Assembly (NCBI GenBank): GCA_002633005.1
Contig: NMRA01000104.1
Location: 742,841 to 806,840 of the forward strand
Length of the DNA: 64,000 nt
Source: Phoronis australis
Lineage: Eukaryota > Animalia > Phoronida
Direction of reading: 5' to 3'
A program made the position numbers and the translations under genes. Shown piece by piece: positions 15,001-30,000 of the stretch. The notes under the pieces are model-generated. The model had not been told where the DNA came from, made no database searches, and saw only the letters and a list, made by a program, of their open reading frames with translations. Position 1 is the first letter of the stretch; each line of letters starts with the position of its first letter.

Positions 15001-18000
15001 GAAAAGGAACCATATGCGTTAGGTGCCTGTTGTTTTGGTGTCTCACATCCACCCTCGCCACCATGGCTTGCACCTGTGCCAAAGTATCCACGTGTGAATC
15101 CCTTTCCCAGACCTCCAACAGAGGGCACTCCAGTAAGCCTCATGGCAGCCTTGACATCAATGAATACATCATCAACTATCACTTCCAGATTACTAGCCTC
15201 TAACACACCACCAGCAAATATGTGCAGCAGCTTGCCATTAAAGGTCCGTTTGAACACTTGATTACTGACTCTCATGAGGCCATGATTTCGAATGTGGATG
15301 GTGTGGAATTGAATGAAATCCACAGGAAAACCATCAATGTCAATCATGCGGTGAATATTGACTTCACCTAAAACAACAAGATCCACAAAGTTAATACAAC
15401 AAAAACCTGCATTGAATGCATTATGACATCGTGTTATACTATGACACAATAATTTAACACTATACTGCTGAGGCAATATAGCATACTAGCATGCCTATTT
15501 CTAGAAATTCTAAAGATAAATGTACAAGCTAGTTGACTTAGATAGTTCAGTGAAAGGGTCAAATTTATTGAGATTACAAATAAACGGTGAGTAAGTCAAA
15601 CAATATCTTCTGAATCAATGCTACACCAATTTAACATGTACTCCAACACATTGTAACACGGACACTAGAAAAACCAACCTCGGTCGACTAAAGTCAAGTT
15701 TTCCACGTTGTCCATGACACCTTCTATGTTAGCTGTTACACCAGCCAGTCTTAGCTCTCCCTGCAACGTGACCTTTCCCCGTTGGTAGACTGTGAGGTCA
15801 GACCTCAACCATCCTCCTGCTACATAAAGTGTCTGGTTGAAACCGACATAGACATTCCCTGACCTGTCACCAGAGAATGACCCCACACGGACGTCAACGT
15901 TGTGATCGTGGTGTTGAGGGTGGATGAAGGCAAGACGGGCTCCACCATACAGATGTACTTCATCAAGAACAATTTCCTCTGGGTAGTCGTGACTCAGGTG
16001 ACTGTCGAGGACAATGTTAGATGGCTCTGACTGAGTTAGCCAGGTCATACAGGAGCCAAGGGTGAAGTCTTGATAGATAGATGTTAAATTCCTTTTGGGG
16101 TTCCGACACGGTTTATTTTTATTGTTGATGTACAGTGATCTGTTTGATAGCTCTCTGGTTACATTACTGTCATGTGATATGATGGCATCTGGACTCGTGG
16201 CATCCAGTAACTGACTGTCATTATCTGCTGGCATCTTGTGGAAGTACACTGTGCCAGGACCTCCTGGTTCACCATTGGAGCCTCCATCACCACCAACAGC
16301 CAGAAACTCACCTAGAACAGAAAACAGTGATCTGTAACAGCATTCCTAACAGTAAGATCAATACGTCTGTCAAAGAGGTTTCTGCTTGTGGTGGATGTAT
16401 ACCTTTAGACGCTTACCACCAAAATAGTTTTCTTTGTAGTACACTGCAGCCCTGCCTCCTGCTCCACCTCCACCATGTGGCGCTAGTGTTCCATCATATC
16501 CATTGCCACCAGACACATCAATATATCCATCACCAATCAGTCTTCCAGTCTCTATCCATATGGAGCCTCCACTTCCACCACCACTTCGAATGGCTTGCCA
16601 TCTTCCACCTGTAGCAATCAAGTGAATACAAGATCATCAGCCAGACGCATTCAGACATGCATGAAAGTCATCATGTTAACAGACAAAGTGAGCTTTCTTG
16701 GTAGAATTCAAATACATTTTTAACCAGTTACCAAATGCATCTTAAACACTTGAAGAACCAACCTTTGGAAGTGAGATATCCGTCAACAGTTAATGTCTTA
16801 GAAACATTCAGATACAGTCTGCCCCCTCCAAGGCCAGACTTGTGGGGGAACACATTGTGACCTCCAAGCCGTCCAAATGTGGTTGGTGATCTGAAGCTGC
16901 CATGGGCACCTCCCACTCTGGCCTGACCTGCACCTTGGCCACCATTACCACCGTGTCCAGCTCCAGAACAACCTGAGCTACTGCATGATCCAGCACCAGA
17001 GTCTAGAGAAAGTTGATACCACTTAATCACACAAACTGTTTGAACAAAAGCAACAGTACAGATGAGTGACTTGAGGAATACATCAACACGAGATTAAGAT
17101 TATTTAGGGAGTCATGAATAACACCAAAAGCTAGTCAAGTATATTGTAATTTGCAGCAATTTCTAGGCACCACTGTTTCTCACACATGGCAAATTTGCAA
17201 ACCACCGAGAACCACGTGGTTCCCCACCTGTTAGATGTGGCCTTTGCATATTCAATGAACTTATTCCCTCGTCACATTATGCGCCTCTGGAGGTAACCCC
17301 CAAATTACATGTGACCTGCTTGTAGTGTTCAGGTAAGTGAGTATTCAATGCCAAGTGTTTTGACAGGGTAGTGCAAGAAATTTGGTAATTACTTTCATTT
17401 TATCTACAATGCACTAAGTTACAAATTTCTATCTAAATGATAATTTGTCTGTCTATCATTTGCAACAATTCAGTTTAAGGACTAATTTATTTAATAAAAG
17501 TGTATGTTGAAAGTATAGGTAGCTTGTGACAGACTAACCTTTGATGGGAGGACCACTGGCATCAGACATTAGGTAAGCGTTAGGTTCAACGGTAACATTC
17601 TTGAACTGGATGGCCAGATCATTGGAAATTAACTGAAACATGAAAATCAAAATTGACTTACTTTTACACATACATAGCTGCGACAGTGGGTTGTGTATTA
17701 GTTGTATTAATGTTCGATTTGTTATTTATTGCCACTGTAATCTTCTAGCTCAGGTACATTTAGTGACTGCAGGTTTCTATATGCATTCAAGTTACTTGTC
17801 TTACTCATTCAGACATTAACGCAAGTCAATGCTAATTTGTTAAAGACAAAAGGCTAAAGGGTCCATAAACTGTGTTGTTCTATTGACACCTGTTGGCAAA
17901 AATCAGGACTCGTGTATTTTCTGGCATTATTATTTAGCACCAGCTCAGTACTGACAGTGTGTTACTCACCTTAGCACCGCTGCGAACATGAAGTGTCTCG

Positions 18001-21000
18001 CCAACCACAGTCACCCGATGGCCAGACTCAGACATGACCTCCATTTTACCAAAAGATTTGATGTCAAGGTGCTCCAGGTCGATTCTTTTTGAACGGTCAT
18101 GGTCCAACAAGAGGTAGCAGTGTGAACTCAATGTCAAGTTAACAACAGGGGCCATATACCCTGAATAGATACAACACACAATACAATCTATGACCTACTG
18201 ATAGTTAATACTTCAACTTGTTGCAAGTGGCCAATGAATAAGATGCTAAAAATGTCTTCACGAATGTGTTCTAGACTTATTAACTCTCACAACCGCCACA
18301 CTATAAGATAACAAACACAATGCTCAATAACCTCAAGAAAGATTACCTTTAACATGAATGTCAATATCTTTACAATCCATCTTTTCAGGTAAGGCAAGTT
18401 GTGATTCTCTCTGGGACACAACAGAGAACGGTAGGAGTGTGCGAGGAGCAGTGAAGTTGACTGCCTGTGTGCGATGAATGTTCAGTTGTCCTGTTGTGTC
18501 TCCAACCAAAGAGCTGGCTATGAGAGAACGTCCAGCGCCATCAAGGTTGAGCACGCCAGAACGGCGGATATCCAACTGTACAAAAAGACAAGCATGTAGC
18601 ACTACATGCAATAAATGGTCATAACATGATGAATTATGTGTGTATAAGTATATACAGGTGAGCGAAACATAACACTGACAGTGAGCAACGTGCGTATAAA
18701 CAGGAGTGTACAACATAGCAACTACTGGGACTGACAGAGATTTTGGGAGCCTAGGATGTGAGGCAACCGAAAAAAAAAGATACCGTGGTTTTAGAGTGAT
18801 TTTAGCAGGTAGTGATCTAATCTACCAGCAGAATGTGTAGTATAACTTGAGGAGTAGAAGTGAACTTAGCACCAGCGTTGTGTTGTTGGACACCTGTCTC
18901 AAGGCTATGATTCTGTGAATGACCATTACATAATTTAGTTTATTACAGAGTTCATCAAAACATGACTTTGTGTGGATGCACCGGATGGACCACTGACTAA
19001 CCTGAAAGCCAAAACAAGTTACTAAACACCAAAAATCTGCTAATAAAGTAATAATACTATCAGAACCAACATGCTAAGTAACATATATCGTGAATATGTC
19101 ACGGATTTCATGACAGAATGTGCTCAAACACAATTAAACCTCATAGAATTTATTCCACTTGCCAAAAATAAGCAAATTTTTAAATGGCAGTGTAATCTTG
19201 CCAGAAATAGCATACCTCATCAAGTTGAATCGTTTCGTTATCTTTCACATGCTGTACTATCCAAGTGGAAGGATCACGCGAGTAACCACTTTGATGTACA
19301 CTATCAGGATCCTCTTGAACCAACAGTTGCACTTCATTTAGAGCAGCGTGCCCTGATGTGCCCTCTGCCTTCAGCTTTATAGCAATCTAGATGATGACAA
19401 ATGCATCATGACTAACACAGGATTGACGGTACACGAATCATAAGGAAACCTGGATGAAACAAAAATCTATTGCGCATGCATGTATTTGTCCCTATATCCA
19501 TCATGCATTTTTTAAAAAAAATAACCATTATTGAAGTGTTTTGCATATAGGCACATTTACCTAAGCTTCACTGCTACAGGCACAAATGGCTATTCCATGT
19601 ATATTATGTACAATGTATCTTGCTGGTTGGTGCTAAACTAACTACGTGTCTTTTGTCCAATTTTAGCATGTTTCAATATTTTATACTGAAAACCACTTGG
19701 TAACAGATAAGTCAAGCTTCACTCAGCATGCTATTTTAAAACTTGGCTCCTTGGTTTCGCTCACATGTTTCACGCAAAGCACCTTATTCCAGATTGGGCA
19801 TTGCTTGATATAAAGCCATAGGGGCTATGTGCATGTGCACTCAAAGTTGATATCATATCTAGTCAAAAGAAAGACAATAACACAGCCATCCACTTTACAC
19901 ACAAACAAGCAAGCACCAAAAGATTTGTGAACTCTTAAAAAAGCCGGCAATGCAAACCATCACTGAATACTGACCTGACTCACGAGTCGTCCAACACTGA
20001 CATCACCGTGCTGTCCAGCGCCACCTGTCTGTGTCTTGCATCCCTTAGTGCTAACGTACCCATCAGTGTGGGTTATCACACTGTTGTTGTATTGTGATGT
20101 CACTAGGTAGGCTGACTCAAATCTAGGCAGAACAAGACAGCAACATGCTCATTGAAATACAAGACATATGATGGATGAAAACTTAATATATTGTAATGTT
20201 AAGAGCTTGATATGATCATATGCACTGGGTTTCAAGTTGGTCTAATCAAGTTAAAACAGAGGTAATGGGGATACAGAAAAGACACTACAGATAGATTATA
20301 AATATAGGGTGTCCCAAAAATGTTCTCATACTTGAAATAGCAATACATTTTTGAGACACCCTGTATCTCAGTAACTGTATATCAATGCTTACCCATCACA
20401 CTGGGGATATATTCTTATGGTTGTAACAAACATGGTGACTGGAAACTGTATGGTTATAGTTGGTGTCCGCTTGGCTGTTCTGTAGAAGTAACCATCACTG
20501 CCAGATCCAGAGAAGATGTAATGTAGGGGATAGTATACATAATGGTAATAGATGGCTCCATCTGTGGTCACTTTCACATTACTGTACGTGGTGTACAAAG
20601 TGCTGGTCACTGAAGGCGATGAACCAGAAAAAGACAATTTCTCCAGTTGCGACACACGCGTTGAAGAAGCCTGTCCATTATCAACAACAAGTTTGTTGAA
20701 GGTTGGCGATAGACGACTATCTTGTATGAAGACTGTGCCACTTCCTGCACGGCCATGGTTGGTGGAGCCACCAAACACATTGTTGACACCAATGAATGTG
20801 TTGTTACCATAGTGATAGATTGCAATGCGGCCACCAGCACCAGCACCACCATGACCCTCACCTTCAAATAAAAAGTAATATAATTGCAATAATGGCAAGC
20901 ATTCACATGCAAGCAATCAGAAATATTTTATATGCAAACTTCTAAGGCAATTTCGTAATTGTACATTGTGCAAAGTCCACCCAGGTCAAACCATAAGGTA

Positions 21001-24000
21001 CTTACTGTTTCCACCAATAGTTTCAATAGATCCTTGCCCATCAAGATGATTGACGTTGATAAGTATACTGCCACCAGCACCGCCCCCAGCTGAGCTCCGC
21101 CCATCTTGTCCATTGGCATGCACCCTGCCCTCTACTCTGAGAGTGTGATTTGCTGACAAGTACAGAATGCCTGCACAGAAACAATGGAGTTTCTGAACCA
21201 ATTCATTGATGAAAATATTCACTGAATTTCAGCCAATGCCAAAGTTCAATATGTAGGGACACTCATGCAGATTTAAAAAGGCCTGGTTGACAGTCCCAAC
21301 TACAGGGACTTTGCAACTTGTAATTGAAAGCCAACAGCTTGATATGAGGCCAAAGGGAAAGTCAAAATCTTCTTGAAATGAAATTCTTTAAGCAATCAAA
21401 AGATCTTAAATTGTTCATTAAATGAGTAGTCTACATTAACTCTTCCTCAAATGCAACTACAAATTCATCTCAGACCTTACCGCCACCATGTCCACCAGTG
21501 TACTGTCCCATACTACCACCACCAGAGCCAGCTGTGTCTGGGTGGAGGGTGGAACCATAGGACAAGCCAGACACAACACCATGAGTCGTTCTCCCTCCAC
21601 GGCCCCCGTGTCCCCCACCACTGCCTCCAAGATGGTTGTCGGACTTGGTTACACCAGCTCCTTGGCCTACACCTGGGCCATGTCCTTTGTTGTCAGAACT
21701 GATTTCACCTAGAATGACAGGAAATCAGAAATGAATCGCCTCATAATCAGGACAGTAACACATTAAGAAGAAATGGAAGCAGACATTGGGTGCGAATACA
21801 CATACTCTAATTATCATTTTTGGAATTGGAGAGGGGTAACTAGTCCACATACTGGCTTAGAATTTGGGGGGTTGCACATCTTGAGTGTCGCTCACACACA
21901 ATAGGCCTTTTGGAATGGACATGCAAGGTCAGTGAAAGCAGTTCTTTGTGAACCCTACTCTTAAGTCATACCCTCCATTTGGATTTTGTAACTAAACACA
22001 GCTTAACAAACTCAAGGATTTATGGTCTGGCTGAAAAGATAGTGTTTTATTGTCTCCTATGTATTCTGAATAGCTGAGTCTGGAGTACCAGACAAATAGC
22101 TGACAGTGACACTGGTGACTTACCAGACTCATCTACAGTAATGTTTTCACTAAACACACTCAAGGTATCAGACAGCACAGACCCTCCAGCATTGACCACC
22201 ATACTAGTCACGGTCAAAGTGACTCTGGCATTAAATGTCACTGAGGTGGTTGTCAGCTTTCCTTCCGACTTGACTGAGACATTAGTGAAGAGGTAATGTC
22301 CTTGGTCCTCCCCAACGGATTGACCTCCACTCCACAAATTCAGCTCTCCGTTCCTATCAATGGTGTAATCAACAGACAGACCCAAGGTTCCATTCACATC
22401 CATGTAAACTCCTCGCAGACTGAGGCGTTGAGGTACATTCAACTGGGCCCCACTGTAAAGCAAACAAGCCACTACTTAATGATGAACTTAAATATGCGAC
22501 AACATGGATCTGTACATGCCAACTACATCCAGTATGTGATAAATTTCTTTGTGACACTTACCTGTAGACCAGCGAGTTGGCAGGGAAGTAAATGTCCACA
22601 ACACTGAAGGTGAATGTTTGATTTCTCCCCACATGCAGAATGGCTGATCTGTCTCCCTCCAGTCTGCCACATGTAAGAGACACCGTGTCTTCGCTTGAAT
22701 TACTATGGGCAGCCACGTGACTGTTACCTCCTATGTAAATCTGGTGGATAAAAGCATCACTGGTCCAAATCATTTCTAAAACCCTTTGGCAATCTAACAC
22801 CAATTTTAACTACGTCTCTAGCCAAAGAAAAGTCTAACAGAAATGTGAAATAACAATTCAGAAGGACCTCCATTTGCCTGCAGCAAGTTTGTCAGACCCG
22901 GTGTTACAGTACCAGGTTTGCAGTATGTTCGGAGTTGCCAACCCGTTAAGCACATAGTAGGTGATCTCCATGATAAAGATCCGTATCTTGCAAGTGAAAG
23001 GTTGTACAATATTCAAAATTTTCAGAAAGTTTAAATTTCAATCACTAGATGCATTGGTACACATCACAACAATTTTAAACTTCAAATCATAAATTAAAGC
23101 AACACTAAATAAAAGTTGTTTTTCGGCTTTTCCTCTCAACATGGTTAATAGCTTCCCACACTACCATCTATCTAAACCATGACCTCACAAAGTTTAACAT
23201 GTCGTTATAGGTGCTGATCCATGCCGATGTTATGAGTTGTCAATGGTGAAGTCAGCATGACAAAATGCAGAGAAAAATATTCTTTTTCCACACACACCCA
23301 AAATTTTGCTTAACATGATATCCACACAAAGCAAAAAAACTAAGAAAGTGCATTTTTCATTGGTCCTTCCTTCACAAAGCAACTGCAACCGACCAATCAC
23401 CAAAGATAATTCTGTATATTATACACTCATGGTACTTTAGATACACCTTATTAGTCAGATCACGCCTTTTCGATTATTTCCATAATTTTTTATCTCGACC
23501 TTCACTGATCTGGCCCTTCAAAACACTGGCAATTTTAAACTAACATATTTTCAAAATCCGTAACGTTTGAAAATCCTTACTAATGATGGGAATAAATAGA
23601 GTATGGATAAATCCATTAGAGTTGGCAGCCCTATATGTTATTCAATACCAGACATGCAGATAAATAGCATTTCATCACACTTAAGCCCTAGGCTAGCAAG
23701 GCACGCAGGAGAGCATCAACATGGCCCTCAGCAAAACATCTTTTCTCCAAAATTAAAGTTTGCAATGCAAAACACATTAACATATTGCTTGAGAAGTTCG
23801 ATACCTTATCAAACGTATAGACATGTGACTTATGGTAGAGCCACGTAATTCCTCCAGACTGACTGACATCGTTATAAACACCAGCCAGAAGATGGCGCAA
23901 CTGTCCTTGTGAATAAATTGCTGCATGAGGATAATCATTCCCATTGTTGTCAACTCTAAGATACTTGTAGATAGTTTTGTGTGGTTCTTTGGTTCTTTGC

Positions 24001-27000
24001 TCAAAATAGATAGTACCAGCACCCCCACTCTCATAGGAACTGGTCCCTGAAACATGCAACAAATAACACCTGAATACAAAATATGGAACAATTATTAAGC
24101 CAGCTAATTGCCAGGAAAGATTAGTCCAAAAAGGAAAACGACAAAAAATCAACAAAATGATGCACACAAACCTCCATATGCTGTGATGGTTGCGTTCAGT
24201 TTGTGTCCACTCTGGTAATAGATGGCAATACGGCCACCTGCACCACCACCACCAGTAGCAGCATTGCCACCATTGGCTGACATGTGACCATATCCATCAA
24301 TCTCTTCACAGTCTATCCAAATACTGCCTCCCCCACCGCCACCTAGACAAGAAACGAAACACTAACATACAAGCAAATAACTTCCAAACCAATATGAAAG
24401 GAGCAATAAGACAACACAAAAAATAAAACCAGACTCCCGTCTGGAAAACCCCAAGTTCAAACCCTGACTTTACTGACAGACAATTGAGCATTGCAGAAAG
24501 GCGTCTCCTACTCTTCTGAGCAAGGTCTTACTAGTGAATGTATGCAAGGGAGAACCTGCATATAATGTGAAAGCGATTTTGGGGGGACGGTGTGCTAACA
24601 TTTCAAAAAAATTAAAAATCTATTTGTTATATCGAATGACCTCTTTCAACTAGAAGATTCATTCAGTACCAAAGCTTCAGGTACTATGTACATTAGTCTA
24701 TTAAATCTTCAAGGTATATTTGTTAATTGCAGAATCCTCAGTTACTGACTCACCAGAAGTGGCCCCAGTTCCACCATCTGCTGTAACAGACCCATCCAGA
24801 AAAATGTGTCTTGTGACAATCTTGAGCGCTCCTCCGCCCTTGCCCCCCATGCCGTCAGGCTGTATCGTATTCTTGTACACATTTCCACCAAAGTAAAGGT
24901 GTCCTACAATGATTGAAAGCAAATGTCATGATACATGGTCAAGACAGTCACATATGTCCAACGTGCTTCAAACATAATTGTAGAGTTGAACATCTGACAA
25001 GATGTTTTGCATACCATCAGTAAGGAGGAAATGAACATCTGACAAGGTGCTTTTTGGACCATCTATAAGGAAGTACTGTAACCAAAATATACTAATGTGA
25101 CTCAGGATCATAATTATGCAATGCATCTTGTCATATTTTCAGCACTAAATGCACTTTTTATTTCAGAAGACAATAGACAAAGATAGTCAATACCAAGCTG
25201 ATCCTCACCATATCGTGCTCCATATCCACCAGCGCTTCCTGGCTGTGACGGTTGGTACAGAGAGTCATGTGATAGTCCCACATGAGCGGCACCAGCACCA
25301 CGGCCACCACTGCCCCCATGACCACCACCACTGCCTCCATTCACACTTCCTACATGTCACAAACAGTAACAAAATGAGGTCATGATGGTATCTTACAAAT
25401 ACAAATATCTTGGCTGGCTTAGTCTTTCTCTGTTAAAATTCCAATTTGTAAGTAAATTGTGGCAAACGCAACAGATTTTGCAGTTACTTATAAAAACTAC
25501 CTCACTGATAAAAACCAAAATATTAATGTACCAAATAATTATCTGTAGCCCCCATCAACTTAAATATAATTAGTATCAAACAAGAATTTCATTTAAAGCA
25601 AAATGACATCTTGAAAAACAACACTGACAATGCAAATGTTAACAGAAAAAAAAATTCCATGTTACGGCATACCCACAGTGGCAGCACTCACCATATCCCT
25701 GAGTGAGCCCATTACTGGAAGCCACAGTAGTGTAACCATTGCCATCATGTGACAGTCGACCACCAGACTGGATGGAGAAGACGGTCGAGTCAAATTCAAA
25801 GGAGGCCACACCTTCTTGGACAGCTCTGGCAGGGCTAGTTTCCTCTTTCAACACCAGGAGGCCACCATGGTGAACCTGGCGATTAATGAATTTAGTCACT
25901 GTGACATGAAATATTGAATTATCTTTTGAAGCAAAATGGCTTGGTTAGTTAAATTACAAACTAGGACAATTATTTTTTCAGGTGCAAAACAGTTGATGCG
26001 TAAACATTTTAAAATTTCCCACAACCCAATTTCATCACGATAGACTGAGTCACAAGTCATTAGGTTACAATGGCAAGTTTAAAAACCAACTGGGTGGACA
26101 TGGTAATCTCGGTTACTTTGATCTTGCGCACATCTCAACATCGCCCAGTTTTGTGAAAGCATCACACTAAGCATGTAGATCCTCTAATGGTTTGGTTGCT
26201 TTACAAACCAACGTTGCTTCACTTTACCGAAACATTGTTTCAACCTTAATTTTGTGTTCCCATTGGGTGAATCTGCTTTTATTGTAAAAAATAGCTCCAA
26301 TACCTTGTTGAAGCATCAAAATTGGTGCAGACGTAATAAAGCTAAAACTTGTGTTAGCTTTTACCGCGTGTCCTACAGCACAATGTCCAAAACACAGGAT
26401 ACCCAAAAACAATAACATGAATCTATCAGCGTAATTCATATGACCTGATGGGAATCATTTGAAAACAACCTCATCTAACCAGTCCAGTGAGAACTCATAT
26501 TTTGTGCATATTTTGAATCTTATTATCTCGTCTAATATAGCCAGTTCACCAACTTGGGATGGTCAAAACTCCTGATAAGACCACAAGACTTAGTTTGAAG
26601 GAATGACATGATTTCACACGTGTACACATATAGCTGATGGTGTTAATATAAGAGTTGCATATGGGATTAAGATATTTCTTTTCCACTTGCTCTTTTGATG
26701 GACAAGACTACTCAAACTGGTGACAATAGCATCTCCAGCTCATTGACTTCAAAATTCCTAAGATTGCAACACGGCCATTTCATATTATGTCACTTCATTC
26801 ATAAACATAGCATGGAAAACAGTTACCAGAGATTCTCTTTCAAGAATAACCAGTAATAAAGACTGGTCAGGCAGGCACTGCTGACGAGTGTACTTTAAAA
26901 GGTCAAACATGTCAGCTCCAGTGATATCAATACATAATGACCCTAACAGACCTACACATCGCATTACACAAAGAAGGTAAACGGGTGAGAATGCATGGTT

Positions 27001-30000
27001 CATACTTGCTACCACACTGAGACACACAAGATACATGTATGGAAAAAACTTACTGTGACATTTTTGATGTCAAACTTTACAGATCCAGCATGTGTATCAG
27101 TCATTATCTTAAACGATCCATTGTATTGAACATTGAGAGAGTCCAGCTTTATCTTTGTCTGTCCTATCTGCCCAATGCTGCCATTGGTGTCCACAGTCAC
27201 ATGACCACCCTCAAATACATACAAATCCTCTAGCCCATGAATCTGTTTAAGAAAATGCACAGACTAGTTTAAACTTTTGAAAGAACATCAAGGACTTATT
27301 AATAAGTAAAGTAATTAATGAAAATTATGTTTAACAAGAGCAACGCAAACTGTTGACAAGTGCACACAGTGCACCGCAATCACTATGTTTCTACGGGTGC
27401 TCATCAGCTTATTATAAAGATCACAACAACCTGACAACAAGCGATAGCTGCAATAGTCAGAATTGACAAACAAGTGGTGGGTACCTCACCTTTTACAACT
27501 TTCATCAAATCATAACAATTAAAAAATAACAAAATTTGCAACAACGAAATAAATTGCAGTTCTAGCCAAACTTTCTTCATGAAGAACAATCATGAGGTTA
27601 AGCGGATACAAAGATAGACACAAAATGACATAACAGACACAGTATTTGTTGCAATCTGCAAAAAAATGGTTAGCTGCCATCATCTCCAAAATGGCTTGGC
27701 CACTAGGGGGTGCTGCAATAGTCAAACCTGCCTGAAAAGTGACTGGCATCAATGCTTTGCCACCACATACCTGTGTCAAAATTTTACTGGAATACATCAA
27801 GCTTTTCTAGATGTCACCTGGAAATGCTTCTCTAGCCAAAAACACTTTTAATGCCCACATGAAAATCAAAATGGCTACTAGGGTGTACTTTCAATTTTTG
27901 AGACCTCAATCAGACATGTGGACAACCGTACAAAATGGCAAATAGCGGGTGCTGCACTCATTGCAATTTCCTGAAAATCACCTGGTGCTGGCATAATGCT
28001 GTCACATACCTTTGTTTCAAACGTCATTGAAATGCATCATTTGATTTTCTAGTTATCATCATAAAATATCCTCCCATACGTATAGAAAAAGCCCCTTGTC
28101 CAAACCAAAATGACCAACAGGAGGTGCTGCAGTGGTCAAAGTTGATGACGCAATGTCGTTACACACCTCTCACTCAAATTTCAATGAAATTGTTCTTTTT
28201 ATTCATTTGATATCCAGAAACACTCTTCCCAAAGAAAACACAGACAAAGTCTGCCCCTCTAACCCTTGGGGACGGAGCAGACTGAAAAGTGGCATGCACT
28301 GCTGTAGTGATGGCTAACACCCACGTGCTATATTTCATCAAGATTTGGCCAGGGATTTATGAAATATTAAGCAGACAACTGAACAAAATGTCCACTAGGG
28401 GGTGCTGCAGAGGTCAAACTCGCTTGAATCCATTAGTGGCCATAACACACGTCAAGTCTGTTGATAGATTGTCTACATATCATAGGAATCTCTTTTCCTC
28501 CCAAAAGTATTGAAAAGCTCCATCATGAACAAAACAGCCCCTAAGGAGGGTGCTGCACCAGTAGAATCTGCCCGAAAAGAAACCAGTGATGGCATAATGC
28601 TGTCACATATCTCTGCATTAGTTTCATAGAAATTCCCCAATTGTTTCTCAAGATACCATCCGGAAACACTCTTCCCCCCAAAGGTAGAGCTGAAAAAGCC
28701 TCTTTTGAGACCAAACCGACCACTAAGGAGTGCTGCAGTAGTCAAATCGACTGGTGACTGCATTGTTGTCACAAACTTGTGTGAAAGTTTCATTGAAATC
28801 TGTCCATCAATTTCCTAGATATCATCTGGAAATGCCCTTCCCCGCAAATAAAACAAGAATGTAAATCCCCACTTGTGTGGTCCTGGGGCAGACTGAAAAG
28901 TCGTATGCACCGTTCTAGTGATATTCAGCACACTTGTGCCTCAGGGTATTTGATATAATGATTGTGCATCTGAAAAACTAGAAACTTAGACAGGATAGCG
29001 ACAATATGTGACCACATATATGAAGGTGCACAAAAATCATGTAATGGGAAGTGATCTTAGGCATAATTTTGTAATGCACCCGCAGAGGAATGACTGATCG
29101 GCCCGTCAGGATACAGCCGTGTCGTTATCAGTTTGACAGTAGCAAACCAATGTTTACATAGTCCAGCTCTCTTATTGTCTGCTTTCATCTGATAAGCTCA
29201 CGTAATCCAGCAATTATGTTGCAATCAGTGCACTTGATGCTAGCAGACATTTAAAAATGCTAATTACAAACGGCTTTCAACAAATGTCGTGAAGTAGAAT
29301 GATGTGTTTTGTATGAAATACTTTCACCAAAAAACTTCGAATGGCCTTTGTGACTGTAAGCTCTGACCAGCTTAACCACAGAATTGCATACCAACACAAA
29401 AGACTTGCTTGACAAGTTTAATCGAGGGAGAGTCTAGATTGGATCGTGATAGTGGAAATTTCTCGATTTTTACACTCCAGGAGAATGGTACGTAATGTAC
29501 TGGCGATAAACTGGTTCTACTACAAAGAGGGTGCATGAGTTTAATACCCTGAATCACAACTGCCAAAGGTGGGGAAGGTTAACTTTCACATCAAGTTTAA
29601 AGGTTTTGGAAATCAAATAATGCTATTAACAGCACCCCTCTACATCTGCCATAGAAAGCTCCCCTACCTCTCCTGATGTATATAGATGTGTCTTGTAGAA
29701 GAATGCTCGGGGAGGCATAACTACGCTGGCACGTTCATAGACCCTAAGGTTGGTAGGGATGTCAGGTGCAGTGCGCAGTATGCTGACAGATTGATTGTGA
29801 CCCACCAAGAGACAGCCTGAAATGAAAGATCAGACTATTGAATGGGCCTGAGACACAGGATGGTTAACAATGTTATTAACAGTACATACCTGACATACCC
29901 ACATCCACTCAAACTCAAGTAGTATAAAGCAGACAGAGAATACCTGACTTATTTCCAAACAACACTCCCACGTCCACTCTCCCTGAAGTAATATAAAGCA

